The notes beneath the pieces were generated by a model that was not told the origin of the DNA, did no database searches, and was given only the letters and a program-made list of their open reading frames with translations. From assembly GCF_036321535.1 (NCBI RefSeq), contig NC_087437.1:5580001-5644000 (forward strand): a DNA stretch of 64,000 nucleotides, given 5' to 3'. Below, piece after piece: positions 24,111-37,562 of the stretch; positions within the stretch are counted from its first letter, which is position 1; the number at the start of each line of letters is the position of its first letter. The position numbers were made by a program, and so were the translations under genes. The stretch comes from Camelus dromedarius (lineage: Eukaryota).

Positions 24111-24945
24111 TGATATCCACCCCAGTACTTGAAAAGACATCTACACGGTTTGCTGTGACTTTGATCTGTATGGGAACTTTTACAAAAGTTACTTATGAAG
24201 GATACCCACTGAAGCATTGTTTGCAGTAAAGGAAACCTAGAAACAATCCTGATATTTACCCATAGAGAAGTGGTTAAAATAAATTATTATATCAACATAG
24301 TATGATACTAAATAGCAAAAAGAAGGAGATAGAGTTATATTTACTGACTTAAGAATGTGGCTTTGATACACGTTAAGAGAAAAAACAAGTTGGAAAACTG
24401 TTGTAAAGTGTAAATATTACAGTTTGTAGCAGCAGGTAAAATGTAAAGTTTTCGTAAAAAAAATTAGTATTCAGAGAAACCATATTGGCATATGCCCCTA
24501 ATTATTACCAATGGCTCTCTTGTGAGAAGGTGGTAATGAATCTTTTTTGTGTTATAAAATCTTGAAAATATGATATTTTACATGATTCTGTATCCCTTTT
24601 ATGTTTTAAAAAATATGAAAATTTAATAATAAGCATGGACATTTAAAACTTAACAGCTTTATTGAGATATAATCCACATATCATAAGTGCATCCTTTTAA
24701 AGGATTCAGTGTTTTTAGTGTTTTTTAGTATATTCAGAGTTGTACAAATATCCCCACTGTCTATTTTCAGCACATTTTTTATCACCCCCAAAATTGAAAC
24801 TCCATCAGCAACCACTACCCATTCTCCCGTGCCCTACAGCACCCGGAAAACCCTAGTTCACTTTCTGTTCCTACACATTGCCTATTCTGGGTATTTCCTA
24901 CAAATGGAATCATATAATGCATGATCTTTTGTGTCTGGCTTCTTT

Positions 24946-26803
24946 TGTTACTGGAGAGTAGGTCTTGTCGCAGAAAGAATTCAGAAACGAGACACAGAGG
25001 TCAAGAAAGTAAAGTGAGGATTTATTAAGTACTCTTGGGAGCAGGCAGACTCAGGTGAGCAGCCGTGCTGAGTTTCTTTGGCAAGCCTGTTATATAGGGT
25101 GTGAAAATGAGTAAGTGGAATATGCATCGAAGAGGGAGGGGTTTGGGGTCGTATTCTTTGATTTTCATCCTAGCTCCACCTCCCCAAGGGGAGGAGGGAT
25201 TTTTGTCCTTATTTAGTCTTTTTTAAAAATTTGAGTTATAGTCAGTTTACAATGTTGTGTCAATTTCTGGTGTACAGCACAGTTTTTCAGTCATACATGA
25301 ATATACATATATTTGTTTTCATATTCTTTTTCACCATGAGCTACTACAAGATCTTGACTATATTTCCCTGTGCTGTAACAGTATAAACTTATTCATCTAT
25401 TCTATATATACCTGTCAGTATCTATAAATCTTGAACTTCCAGTCTGCCCCTACCCAACCCCTCTCCCCCTGGCAAAAATAAGTTTGTATTCTGTGTCTAT
25501 GAGTCTGTTTCTCTTTTATATTTAAGTTCATTTGTCTTCTTTAAAAAATTTTTTTTAGATTCCACAAATGAGTGATATCACATGGTATTTTTCTTTCTCT
25601 TTCTGGCTTACTTCATTTAGAATGACATTCTCCAGGTCCAACCATGTTGCTGCAAATGGCATTATGTTGTCATTTTTATGACTGAATAGTATTCCATTGT
25701 ATAAATATACCACTTCTTCTTTATCCAGTCATCTGTTGATGGACATTTAGGTTGCTTCCATATCTTGACTATTATAAATAGTGCTGCTATGAACTTTGGG
25801 GTGCAGGTGTCTCTTTGAATTAAAGTTACTCTGGATATATGCCCAGGAGTGGGATTTCTGGGTCATATGGTAAGTCTATTCCTAGTCTTTGGAGGAATCT
25901 CCATACTATTTTCCACAGTGGCTGCACCAAACTGCATTCCCACCAACAGTGTAGGAAGGTTCCCTTTTCTCCACACCCTCTCCAGCATTTGTCATTCATG
26001 GACTTTTGAATGATGGCCATTCTGACTGGTGTGAGGTGATACCTCATAGTAGTTTTGATTTGCATTTCTCTGATAATTAGTGATACGGAGCATTTTTTCA
26101 TGTGCCTATTGATCATTTGTATGTCTTCATTGGAGAATTTTGTTTAGGTCTGCCCATTTTGGACTGGGTTTTTTTTTTTTTTTCCTATTAAGTCATGTGA
26201 ACTGCTTATATATTCTGGAGATCAAGCCTTTGTCAGTTTCATCTTTTGCAAAATTTTCCCCCTTTCTGTAGGTTGTCGTTTTGTTTTACTTGTGGTTTCC
26301 TTTGCTGTGCAAAACCTTGTAAGTTTAATTAGGTCCCATTTGTTTATTTTTGCTTTTATTTCTATTTCTTGGGTAGACTGCCCTAGGAGAACATTTTTGA
26401 GATGTATGTGAGATAATGTTTTACCTATATTTTCTTCTAGGAGGTTTATTGTATCTTGTCTTATGTTTAAGTCTTTGATCCACTTTGAGTTTATTTTTGT
26501 GTATGGTGTAATGGAGTGTTCTAGCTTCATTGCTTCACATGCTGCTGTCCAGTTTTCCCAACACCATTTGCTAAAGAGACTTATTTAGTCTTGATCTGAA
26601 GTGTCATGGTGTTGGTGCATGATGGGTACTTCTTACCTGCAAGGCTAATTTTATTGTAATGAGCTATAATGAGGCTTAAGTTCTATAGGAAGTCGAATAT
26701 TCCACTATCTTGGGCCTAGTTGATTCGAACCAGTTTATGTCCTATCCTCAGTGGCTGTGTCATTCTTTTAAAGGTTGTGCCCTGCCCCTTCCCTCCTGTC
26801 TCA
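24946..26803 (-). mobile_element. ERV1 solo LTR (MER41-related) split by an L1 insertion
   Basis: Starts tgttactggagagtaggtc (like 12178), ends ccctcctgtctca (like 4210); halves rejoin across the L1 TSD. Confidence 0.88.
25221..26579 (-). mobile_element. 5'-truncated lineage-specific L1 (~1.36 kb)
   Basis: ORF2p remnants 25826..26116 and 26222..26530 ('[30 protein letters not shown]'); perfect 13-bp TSD CTTATTTAGTCTT at 25208-25220 and 26580-26592. Confidence 0.97.
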
Positions 26804-28769
26804 CTTAGAGTATTTTCAAGGTTCACCCATGTGGTAGCATGTATCAGGACTTCATTATTTTCTATTGCTGAGTAATATTCAATTGTATGGATGTACCACA
26901 TTTTTTCAATCCATCAATTGATGACCATTTGGATTCATTCTGTTTTTGGAAATTATAAATAATGCTGCTACAAACATTTGTGGACAAGTTTTTGAGTAGA
27001 CATGTTTTCAGTTCTCTTGGGTATATACCTTGCAGTGGAATTTCTGGGTCATGTGGTGACTCAGTGTTTAACTTTTTGAGGAACTGCCAAAAAGTTCCTC
27101 AAAAGCAGCTGTACTATTTTACATTCCCACCAGCACCGTATCAGGGACACAGTTTCTCCTCATCTTTGTCAACACTTGTTATTGTCTGTCTTTTAAAATT
27201 TTAGCCATCCTCATGGGGCCATAAGGGTATTTCAGTATGGTTTTTATTTGCATTTCCTTTATGATTAGTGATGTTGAACATCTTTTCATGAACTTACTTG
27301 CCATTTTTATGTCTTCTTTGGAGAAATGTTTATCCAAATCCTTTGCCCATTTAAAAATTGGGCTATTTGTCTCTTTAATGTTCAGTTGTTAGAGTTCTTT
27401 ATATATCCTGTATTCAGGTGTAACATTGTCCCTTTTTTTGTGTGTTTTCTTTTCACTTTCTTGTTAGTGTACTTTGTTTTTCCTCTTGTCACTTGTGCTT
27501 TTGGTTTCATATCTAAGAAGCTACTGCTTAACACAAGGCCATGAATATTTACACCTATGTTTTAGTCTAAGAATTTTAAGGAGATGAAGTGATATCTCAT
27601 TACAGTTTTGACTTGCATTTCCTTAATGACTAATGATGTTGAGCATCTCTTCATGTACTTGTTGGCCATCTGTGTGTCTTCTTTAGAGAAATGTTTATTC
27701 AAGTCCTTTGCCATTTCTTCATTGGGTTGTTTTTCTTTTTGTTGGTGAGTTATAGAAGTTCTTTATCTATTATGGACATTAAATCATTATCAGATATATA
27801 ATTTGTAACTATTTTCTCCCATTCTATGTCTTGTCTTTTTACTCTCTTGATAGTGTCCTTTGATGCACAAAAGTTTTTAAATTTTTGTGAAATCCAATTT
27901 GTCTATTTTTTTCCTTTGTTCTTTATGCCTTTGGTGTCATATCTAAGAAACCACTGCCAAATCCAAGGTCACAGACATGTATGCCTATGTTTGCTTCTAA
28001 GGGTTTTATAATTTTAAGGACTTGCATTTAGCTCTTTTATCCATTTTGAGTTAATTTTTGTGTGTGGTATGAGGTAAGGATCCAACTCCATTTTTTTGCT
28101 TGTGGAAATCCAGTCGCCCCCATTGTTGAAGGGTATCAAGCACTTTTTAAAAACATGGTTTCGGTGGTTGTTTAATATTCCGTAGTCTATTACTCTTTGG
28201 TTACCCATTCCTTCCTCACCTGTGATGTTCTCGACATGCACATAATTTATGCCTCGCCCACATCTTTCTTTAGAGAACCTATCTGGCTCACGGCCACAGA
28301 AAAAGCAACCCCTAGAGATCTCAAAATCATTGCCTTTGGGCATGGCTGACTGGACCACAGGTAGACACTCAGTCAGAGAGCTTTCCTTTGGGAATTTAAC
28401 ATTGGGGAATACTACAAGTATCCCAGTCAAATGTGTGGAAATGAGTTTAAAGGTAATATAAATGCTGGTCATTGAGGTTATTATGATGAAGTCTGGATGA
28501 AGGGGACAGAAAAAGCAGGCTATAAAAACAGAAAGAAATGATGTGGACACATTTAAAGTAGAGACTGTGAGAAATGGAGAGATTTGTGGTTCAGTACCTC
28601 GTTCTGCCAACATCCTTAAAATTCTTCCCTTCCTTCACTTCCTCTCTTTTCTGGAATTAATTTGAGTGAATGTCTATTTCTTTGCAAACAAACTTTCCCT
28701 AAGACAGGCCTTGTATTTGGTTAGGCATCTTTGTTGCAAGAGACAGAAAACTTGACTGGGTTAAGCCAA

Positions 28770-28817
28770 AAACAAACAAACAAACAAACAAACAAACAAA
28801 CAAACAAACAAACAAAC
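28770..28817. repeat. (AAAC)n tetranucleotide microsatellite, ~12 units
   Basis: Direct reading. Confidence 0.95.
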
Positions 28818-30439
28818 TTTTGTTGGCTCATTGCAAGCTAGTGTATAGCTTGATCTAGGGGTTCAAAAGTGCCACCTAGAACTGGTTCTCTTCCTCCTTC
28901 CGCTCTGCCTTCTGGAGTGCTCATTTAATTCCCAGCCTCCTAGGAATGCTTGTCTTCATTCTAGAGTGGCAACAGTCTCAGAAGAAAGAGCTCTTTCCTG
29001 TAGCTGTAGCTCCTGCACAAGTCTGGGGCTCACTCCGATGGTGATCACGTTGTGTGAGTCATCGTCCACCCCTCAGCCGGTCCCTGGGGGATCTGGTGCC
29101 CGGTCCACTCCTGCTGTGTGCGAAAACCTCACTGGAACCACATTGCCTGAAAATAAGAAGGAAGGTTTTCATAAAGGAAATTCCATGTTATTCTTTTATG
29201 AAATAAAAGGAGGAATGAATTCTGAGTGGCCAAAGAAAAAACAGAAGTCCAACATAGGCATTTAGATTAACTTGAATATTTTATTATTACTTCCATGAAC
29301 ATCCTTGTACATACATATGTGTTGATCTCTCTCATTATTTCTTTAGGATTTTGCTTCAGTTCTGTTGCTTCATTACAAACCACCCCAAACTTAGTGGCTG
29401 AAGGCAACAGTCACACACGTGGCTGCATTCGGCTGCCGGCATGGCTGGGGCTGCATCGTCAAAGACAGTCTCTCCTCCTCCAGGGCCTCTCTCCATGTGG
29501 CCTTTTATTGTTCCAGAGTAAAACCCAAGCTTCTTTACAGAATAGAGGCTGGTTCCCAAGAGGGAGAAACGGCAACCACCAGGTGAGCCTCTTAAGGCCG
29601 AAGTTTGGACGTCCCGTGCATCACGTCTGCTTCTTTCTGTTAGTCACAGTAAATCACAGGGCCAGCCCCGATTCAGGGGGAGAGAGAGATCAATATCCCC
29701 CTAGACATGGAAATACTGGGTGAAACATGATGTATACTTATGATTCACAATACAGATTATCACGTTTTTCCCCAGAAAGCTTCTACCAACGCACAACAGC
29801 CTGCGCCCCCACCAAAGCAGTGTATAAGGGCATGTATTTCAGCATGCCAGTTCCAACCCTTGGCAGTTGAGTAGGCTTACAAATAACGATGTGACTTATG
29901 CAGATGTTGTGTCTGGAGCTCCAGCCCCTGTCTTGGACCATGACAACAAGGCCGCATCATCAGGGTGACAGGACCCGGCCTGGGAGAATCCCCTGTGCCG
30001 GAGGACTTCGTGGACCACGGCTGCCATGCTAGCTTGAATGCCTACCTCCAGGCTTTTACGTGAGAGGGAAGGAACCCAGCGTCAGATAGAATTATGGAAT
30101 CCAAATTGTTAAAAGTTGATATTGTCAGATTGTTCTCATTTTTTCCCTCATAAAAGGTAGAGTGCCAGTCTCCATGAATCTTAGGATGTTTTCAAGCCTT
30201 AAGATGATGAATAGCTATAGAGACAGCTGGTTTTTATGCTCAATTGATCAATTTAGTGCAAAGGGAAGATGCTATTCCAGGCACTGACCACCCCCAAGGC
30301 TCAGAAACGGGCTTGCTGGGTGTTAGGTGGAGAACTATAGCTTGGTACAAGGAAAATGCCCTTGGAGGCCATCTGCTAATAAAACCTGTCACTTACAATG
30401 GGCCGCTGAAGGCACCGTCTCCCTCCGAGCTGCATGGAG

Positions 30440-30645
30440 GCTGACTCAACGGACCGGACACATCTGGGTTGCAGTCTGGGTGTGCCCTGGTTACATGTCC
30501 TGGGTAAATCATATCCATCGTCTTCAGCCTCCGTTTCCTTACCTGTAAGAGGAGATATTGTTCATGTCTCACGGAGATGCTATACACATGAAACAAGCTT
30601 AAGAATGTGCTTTACACAACTCCTGGCACCAAGGTGCTCAGAAAC
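30440..30645 (+). mobile_element. MIR SINE
   Basis: 'gtcctgggtaaatc...ttcagcctccgtttccttacctgtaagaggagata'. Confidence 0.6.
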
Positions 30646-30835
30646 AGTCCCTCCCTCCCCTCTGCTGCCTGCTCACCCAGGACGCTGCAGCACGCTGTCC
30701 TCCATGCCCCTCCTCCTCCTCCAGTGTGTGCTCCCAAGTGTTCCAAGAGGACTGCTTGCTGCGGCATATGGCTCTTCACCTCTACTTCCAAACACAGGGT
30801 GGGGTTTCTGTCCTACCAATCTGCAGCATAAACTC

Positions 30836-31670
30836 TTTTTTTTCTCTCTATATATTTTTATTGAAGTATAGTCAGTTACACACATTTTACAATGTTGTGT
30901 CAATTTCTGGTGTATAGCACAGTGCTTCAGTCATACATGAACACGCATATATTCGTTTTCATATTCTTTTTCATTATCAGTTACTACAAGGTATTGAATA
31001 TAGTTCTCTGTGCTATAGAGTAGGACCTTGTTGTTTATCTATTTTATATGTAGTAATTAGTATCTGCAAATCTTGAAGTCTCAATTTATCCCTTCCCACC
31101 CTCTTCCCCCGCGAGAACCGTAAGTTTGTTTTCTATGTCTGTGAGACTGTTTCTGTTTTGTAAATAAGTTCATTTGTCTTTTTTTTTTTCAGATTCCACA
31201 TATGAGTGATATCATATGGTATTTTTCTTTCTCTTTGTGGGTTACTTCACACAGAATGACAATCTCCAGGTCCATCCATACTGCTGCAAATGGCATTATT
31301 TTATTCTTTTTTATGACTGAGTAGTATTACATTGTATAAATAGACCACAGCTTCTTTATCCAGTCATCTGTCCATGGACATTTAGGTTGTTTCCATATCT
31401 TGGCTATTGTAAATGGTGCTGCTATGAACAATGGGGTACATGTATCTTTTTGAATTAAGGTTCCCTCTGGATATATGCCCAGGAGTGGGATTGCTGGGTC
31501 ATATGGTAAGTCTATTTTTATTTTTTTGAGGAATCTCCATACTGTTTTCCACAGTGGCTGCACCAAACTACATTCCCACCAGCAGTGTAGGAGAGTTCCC
31601 TTTTCTCCACACACTCTCCAGCATTTATCGTTTGTGGACTTTTGAATGATGGCCATTCTGACTAGTGTGA
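30836..31670 (-). mobile_element. 5'-truncated lineage-specific L1
   Basis: ORF 31327..31698 encodes the ORF2p C-terminal '[19 protein letters not shown]' Cys-rich motif; 3' UTR and poly-T. Confidence 0.95.
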
Positions 31671-31875
31671 AAGGTCTCAGCAACCACAATAAACCCATGG
31701 CTGGAGACTAGCTTTGGCAATGACAGTGATCGAACAGATTTTATCCACAGGTGTTTGAAGCCCAGGGTCAGGCTGACTTCTCTTTGTTAATCCCTGGTTT
31801 CAAAGGAGGAAATGGTCCTTGCCTGTTTACTTTGCTTGAGTGGTCTGCTGAGGTCAGCAGAATCCCATTAATTAT

Positions 31876-31975
31876 TATTTTTTTTTTATTGACGTACAAT
31901 CAGTTACAATGTGTCAATCTCTGGCATGCAGCATCGTGTCCCCGTCATACATAAACACACATACATTTGTTTTCC
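31876..31975 (-). mobile_element. Very short L1 3' end (~100 bp)
   Basis: Poly-T, 'attgacgtacaatcagttacaatgtgtcaatctctgg'; flanking ccattaatt/ctattaatt TSD-like. Confidence 0.8.
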
Positions 31976-32515
31976 TCTATTAATTCTTGAATTGGACAAA
32001 TACTGGCTTTCTCTCAAGTTTCCTGCTGTTCTGAAACTTTGTGTCTTAGAGTATCGGTTTAGATAGTTTCTGAATTGGAATGGAGGCATCATACGCGCTT
32101 AGGCTATGGGAGAGGTTTATAAGTGTTCTTACACCCAGTGTGTGATAGTTTTATTATCTCTATGAATTGTCCATGTTCTTAACATCAAATTTTCCTTAAC
32201 TGTCTTTTGTGGTCATCTGTATCTTACTAGTGACCACCCCTGTATTTCCAAATCATAAATCTCTTTAGGGTAGGCACCTATTATTTGTGATCTTGTCCTC
32301 TACAACATCTAAGACAAGTACTTTGTACGTAGTAAGTGCCAAATGATTAAGTGAATGACTAAAACAGTGAATGACTAAGCAAACAAAAGTTTTGTTACAG
32401 TTTTGTTTCTTATAGTAAATACTCAGGTACATCATAAAAGTCATATAAATTTGTGAGCTTAAGAGATCATAATTCCACCATGAAAGAGATACCTTTCTTT
32501 AAACTCTATTTTTAA

Positions 32516-33290
32516 TGCTGGAGAGGGTGTGGAGAAAAGGGAACTCTCCTACACTGCTGGTGGGGATGTAGTTTTGTGTAGCCTCTATGGAAAACAGTAT
32601 GGAGATTTTAAAAACTGAAAATAGACTTAACCTACGATTCATCAGTCCCACACCTGGATGTATATCTGGAGGAAAGTCTAATTCAAAAAGACACCTGCAC
32701 CCCAATATTCATAGCAGTGCTATTTACAATAGTCAAGACATGGAAGCAACCTAAATGTCCATCCACAGATGACTAGATAAAGAAGTTGTAGTATATTTAT
32801 ACAATGGAATACTACTCAGCCATGAAAAGAATGAAATAATGCCATTTGCAGCAACATGGATGGACCTGGAGATTGTCATTCTAAGTGAAGTAAGCCAGAA
32901 AGACAAAGAAAAATACCATATAATATCACTTACATCTGAAATCTAAAAAATAGTGGCACAAATGAACTTATTTATAAAACAGAGACAGACTTACAGACAT
33001 AGAAAATAAACTTATGGTTACCAAGGGGGAAGTGAGGGGAGGGATAAATTAGGAGTTCAACTTAGCAAATATAAACTACTATATACAAAATAGATAAACA
33101 ACAAGGTCCTGCTGTATGGCACAGGGAACTCTATTCAGTACGTTGTAATAGCCTATGATGAAAAAGAATCTGAAAAAGAATATATATATATTCATATATG
33201 TATGAATTCATATATAAATGAATCACTATACTGTACACCAGAAATTAACACAACATTGTAAACTGACTATACTTCAATAAAAAAAAAACC
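32516..33290 (+). mobile_element. 5'-truncated lineage-specific L1
   Basis: ORF2 C-terminal and 3' UTR ending aataaaaaaaaaa; TSD ctctatttttaa at 32504-32515 and 33291-33302; TT|AAAC endonuclease-type site. Confidence 0.95.
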
Positions 33291-33313
33291 CTCTATTTTT
33301 AAGAAATGAGTTC

Positions 33314-33782
33314 TGTGTCAGTTGATACAGGAAATCTATAGGAAATCTAAAATCAGAGTGGCTTGAATAGGTGTGTTTTTCGGTGTACTTTTCTCTCACA
33401 TAGTAGAAGCCCAGAGGTATCTATCCATGACCAGTGTGTCCCCTCAGGTGACAGGCACCCAGGCTTCTTTCACCTTGTGGCATTGATATCCTTAGTGTGT
33501 GGCTTCCACCTTCGTGGTCCCAGGTGGCTGCCAACTCCTGCCATCACATCAGCATTCCTACCTGAGAGAAGAGGGAAGAACACACCCTCCTCTTTAAAGA
33601 CACTTCCTGAAAGTTGCGTCTACCACTTCTGCTTACACCTCATTGGCCAGAATTTAGTCACATGGGAGCCTGGGAAATGTCTTTTTTGGGCAGCTGTGTG
33701 CCTGGCTGGATCCTGGGGCTCTACTGCTAAATGAAGGGGGCTGGAACAGATACTGGGGGACAAGTCTGTCTCTTAGCCGCAG
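33314..33782 (-). mobile_element. MaLR LTR (MLT1J-like)
   Basis: 'ggcacccaggcttcttccacctt...ctcctgccatcacatcagcattcc...cattggccagaatttagtcacatgg'. Confidence 0.7.
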
Positions 33783-33949
33783 TTTCCCATTGCTATTTGG
33801 ATAAAGTATGGTCTCATCATTCTGACCCACCAGGCCATTTCCTATCTTGTCACTGCTTGTTCTCTGGCCTCATCCCTGGTCACTTATTTATACTGCTTCG
33901 CTCTGCTTTCCTACCTTCATTTTCTCTGATAGAGTGGGTTCCACCCCAC

Positions 33950-34235
33950 CCCAGCACCTTTGCACATGCTCTTCTCTCTGGGATTTAAGAATCCTAGATT
34001 AGGTTTCTTTGCTCCTATGATACTTTTCCATTAGTACCTTACACTAGCTCTTTGTAGCACCTACCACAGTTGTAATTATAAATTATTTATGTAATTATTT
34101 GCTTTATGTCTAACTCTCCTACCAACCTATAATTCTTCTGGGTGCAGGGACTTTGTTTTGTTCATGGCTATATTTCCAGCACCTAAGAGCATTTGGCACA
34201 GATTAGGCCCTTAGTAAGTCTTTGCTAAATAAATC
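33950..34235 (+). mobile_element. L2 3' fragment
   Basis: 'cacctttgcacatgct...gggtgcagggactttgttttgttcatggctatatttccagcacctaagagcatttggcacag'. Confidence 0.65.
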
Positions 34236-37200
34236 GATAAACTCTAATGCAACCTTCTCGTTTTACAGATGATATAATAGTTTACACATGCATTGAGGAA
34301 TCTGGATTCTAGTTTCTTTAATCAGTTGATTACAATGAAGGTTGTAATGCTGAAAATCGTTCTGAAATGTTCTGGTCGAATTTCTTGCTTTAGTAAGGAC
34401 ACTACATCAAACAGTGTTTATTCTTCCTTTGTTGGTCAGGGTCTTAATGCCTGAGGGTCAACACCATAACCATTGATCAGCACTGAACAAAACCAGATGC
34501 AGAATGAGAAAGAAATTGCATGGGATTTGCCTGACTGTGGGACACAGCTTGGAAAGTTGCTTTAAACGAGTGTGCTCGACCTTAGCCTGTCTTCTTCTCC
34601 ATCACCCCTTTCTCCCAAAAGTAGTGTGCCGAAAACTTCTAGTGGTCGTGTTTCCCAGCTGATGGAGGAAGTATTTTATGCAGGAATTGTCACCCTTGTT
34701 TTGAAAGCAAAAATAACTTTAAAAAAAAGTGTCAGTCACATATTGGGGCTATAAGGGACAGTCACGTCTGAGTTCAACAATTCTTATTTTAAAACAGCGG
34801 AGGAAAATGGCATTATTTCTTCTCATCCTGATCTTTAAATATCCACTGCTAGAATCAACATGAAGGAGGGAGGCCAGGAAGAAGGAAGCCGATCTTTGGA
34901 AAACCCTGAAATCTGGTGATGGCCCAGAATCTTAACAGCGTGTCATGATGTAAGCAGTTGTGAAAGCTGTGAGTCCTGGCTGTCCTGAGATCTGGGACAT
35001 CAGTAGGCTGAAGAAACAGAATGTTTCCGTGTGTCCCAAGTTCTCAAGCTACAGTATGTTTTTGGCATTTGCCCAAGATTTTAATTTCATAAGACATGTC
35101 TTTTGTTTTTTAAAGTTTGTATTTTTAATCTTTTTCTTTAATTTCCTGGAACTAAAAATGGACATTTTCCTTCCTAAGCATTTAAAAGAACTCTTACCTG
35201 TTGTGTATTTCCCCCAAGGTCAAAGGCTCCTTTCCTCCCCCCTGTCCCGGTGCCTCTCTGCCTTCGTCAGTGTTGGCACCTCTCGCCTTTGAAATAGGGA
35301 AGAATTAACAAACCGAGGAGCTAAAAGTAGGATGTGAAAGGGCGTGGAAGCAAAATGTATGGTGGTGACAAACTTTAATTTGAACAGAAGCCAGTTCTAT
35401 CCCCAAACTGTTCCTGAAATAATTCATCTTCTAGAGAAATTTAGTCATCAAAGTCTAAACACTCACCAAGAGTAAAAGGCTAAAGTTTCACCCGTTTTTA
35501 AAATGCTACTTCACAGTGTATATCAGCAATTAACACTTCAGATGGAGCTGGCGTAGTTTAAAATATGCACCTATCTCTTGTAGTGAAGAGGATGCCTGTG
35601 GGCCTAATTTTAGTTGTTCTCAGGGAGGTTTGAATTGATGGGGATTCAGGCAAGGTAACTGTCAATCAATAAATGTTCAGGCTACTTAATATTCAGTCTG
35701 GTATGATGGAGGAGGAGGGCAGTCAATCAAAGGGGCTTCAGCTGGGGCAGAGGAGAGGGAGGGGAGGAGGAGTTTCCAGGGCAATGGCAGGATGCAGGTA
35801 GCGTCATGGCCACAGCGTGTCTGCCCAGTGGGGAAATCTATTTTCGGCTTGGATGCCAATGAGGAAGTGATGCTTCCTTTCACACAGAAGTTCAGCAGTC
35901 CCTCCCCATGCCTCGGCGAAGTGGCAGATGCCACCCAAATGTAGGCGGAGTGCTCAGAATAGAAGTCCGGGACGGTGCTGCCGTTCTGGGAGGTGGGTAG
36001 ATAAAGTTAGGGAGCCGGTATTTCTGGTAGGCAGAGCTTATCAAGGGAATCCAAACCTCCTTAACAATACTCTGATGAAAGCAGCACTCCTAGAAATGAG
36101 GAAGGAATCAGGGCCAGGACTGAGAGGACGGCAGAGGAACACAGCATGGAGCACCCAAAGGAAAAGCAGCACACCTTGCAAAATAAAGTAGGGGGTCCCT
36201 GTGAATGCCAGAGGATCAGTGCTGGTCTGCGGACTGTTGCTTCCTGGTCTGCCATGGGAGAAACACAGAGATTTAGAGAGAGCATTTAGAAAGGATGGTA
36301 GGAATTTGATGTCGCTGCAACATCCAAGTGTGGTCCTGGATTCTTGTAGTTTATCGCGTAGCAGCGCTAACTTTTTGTCTGGGTGGAGGCAACAAGACAA
36401 CTTGGGAGAGAGACATACACCTAAGGTTACTTCTGCCACAGGGACAGCCGTGAGGCTCTTGGCTGAGTGGGTGGGTAACTTAGGAATGGAACGAAGGACA
36501 CACCTGAGCCCAGGGAGCCGAGGCAGGATGGAAGCAGCAGCAGACTTGTCTCACTGAAAGGGGCGTGGACCAGTTTGAGGGCTGTCAGGGTCACACGGTG
36601 AGCTGTGCCTGGTGTGATAGTTTAGTTTGCCAGTTTTAACCCCAAAGTGTATAAAGTCCAGTATCTCATCATTCATCCCAGGATACTTTGAATTTATTAT
36701 TTAAATGGTTAAATGGTTCAAACTGGCTACAGATGAATTGTGACGGGACAACAAAATTTTTTGAGCGAATCAGTGATTCTTGATATTAATCACTTGCACA
36801 CGTACTTCCAATGAAGCATGGGTACAATTTTCATAATTCTTTTTTTTTATCTTTGGTATATTTATCAGATAGCTATCTGAATCATGCGGCTGTTGCTTAG
36901 AACGGCCACAACTGGGTGTGCTAAACCTTCTGGAATATTTCTTTAACCAGAGAGACTGAGTTCTAGTTGGGTGTGTTACAAATCTTCCCAGTCCTCTGCA
37001 CTTGAAAGGCTTACATTTCTATCTCAATAGATTGCTGTTTATTAAAAAAAAAAAAAAAAAAAAAGAAAAACACCTACGTTATCAAAATTTATGGCTTGTT
37101 CCTGGATTCTTATAACTTACCTTGCACCAGAGCTATGCTTGTTTGGGTTGAAGGCAACAAGGAAAACATGAAGACAGACACCTAGACTACTCTACAGACA

Positions 37201-37562
37201 CCCTACAGAAATCTATGTGTCTAGTGAGGGAGGCTCTTGTCTGAATGGATGGGTATTTAGGAGTTAAACTAGGGACAGGCCTGCTGGAGCCTGAGGGAGC
37301 AGAGGCTGGCTGAATAGAGAAAGCACACAGACACACAGTCAGGAGATGTGGACTCGAGTCTTGCCTCCTCCTCTTAACCAGCTGTGTGATCTTGGGCAAG
37401 TCACTTAACCTCCCTGTGCTCTAATTTTCTCATCCATAAAACGAGGAACACGACACAATTTTCTGGGTTCTTGCGCAGTCTGCATGAGAGATTGTATTGT
37501 GACTGTATATCGGGAAGGAGACTTAGAAACTGGGGGATGGCGGAATAAACACTTGCCTAGAA

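Larger units (their letters stand above)
24650..28120 (-). mobile_element. Old L1M (L1MB-like) 3' region, fragmented, hosting a nested LTR and L1
   Basis: 'aacagctttattgagatataat' 3' end; 'gtctggcttcttt' resumes as 'cttagagtattttcaaggttcacccatg'; ORF remnants 'MWYIHTIEYYSAI' and 'LDPYLIPHTKINSKWIKELN'. Confidence 0.85.

Noticed and set aside
28014..28613. Longest ORF in the track (199 aa)
   Set aside because: Chance read-through from non-coding sequence into an L1 fragment ('LDPYLIPHTKINSKWIKELN'); starts at a non-ATG codon and has no coherent domain
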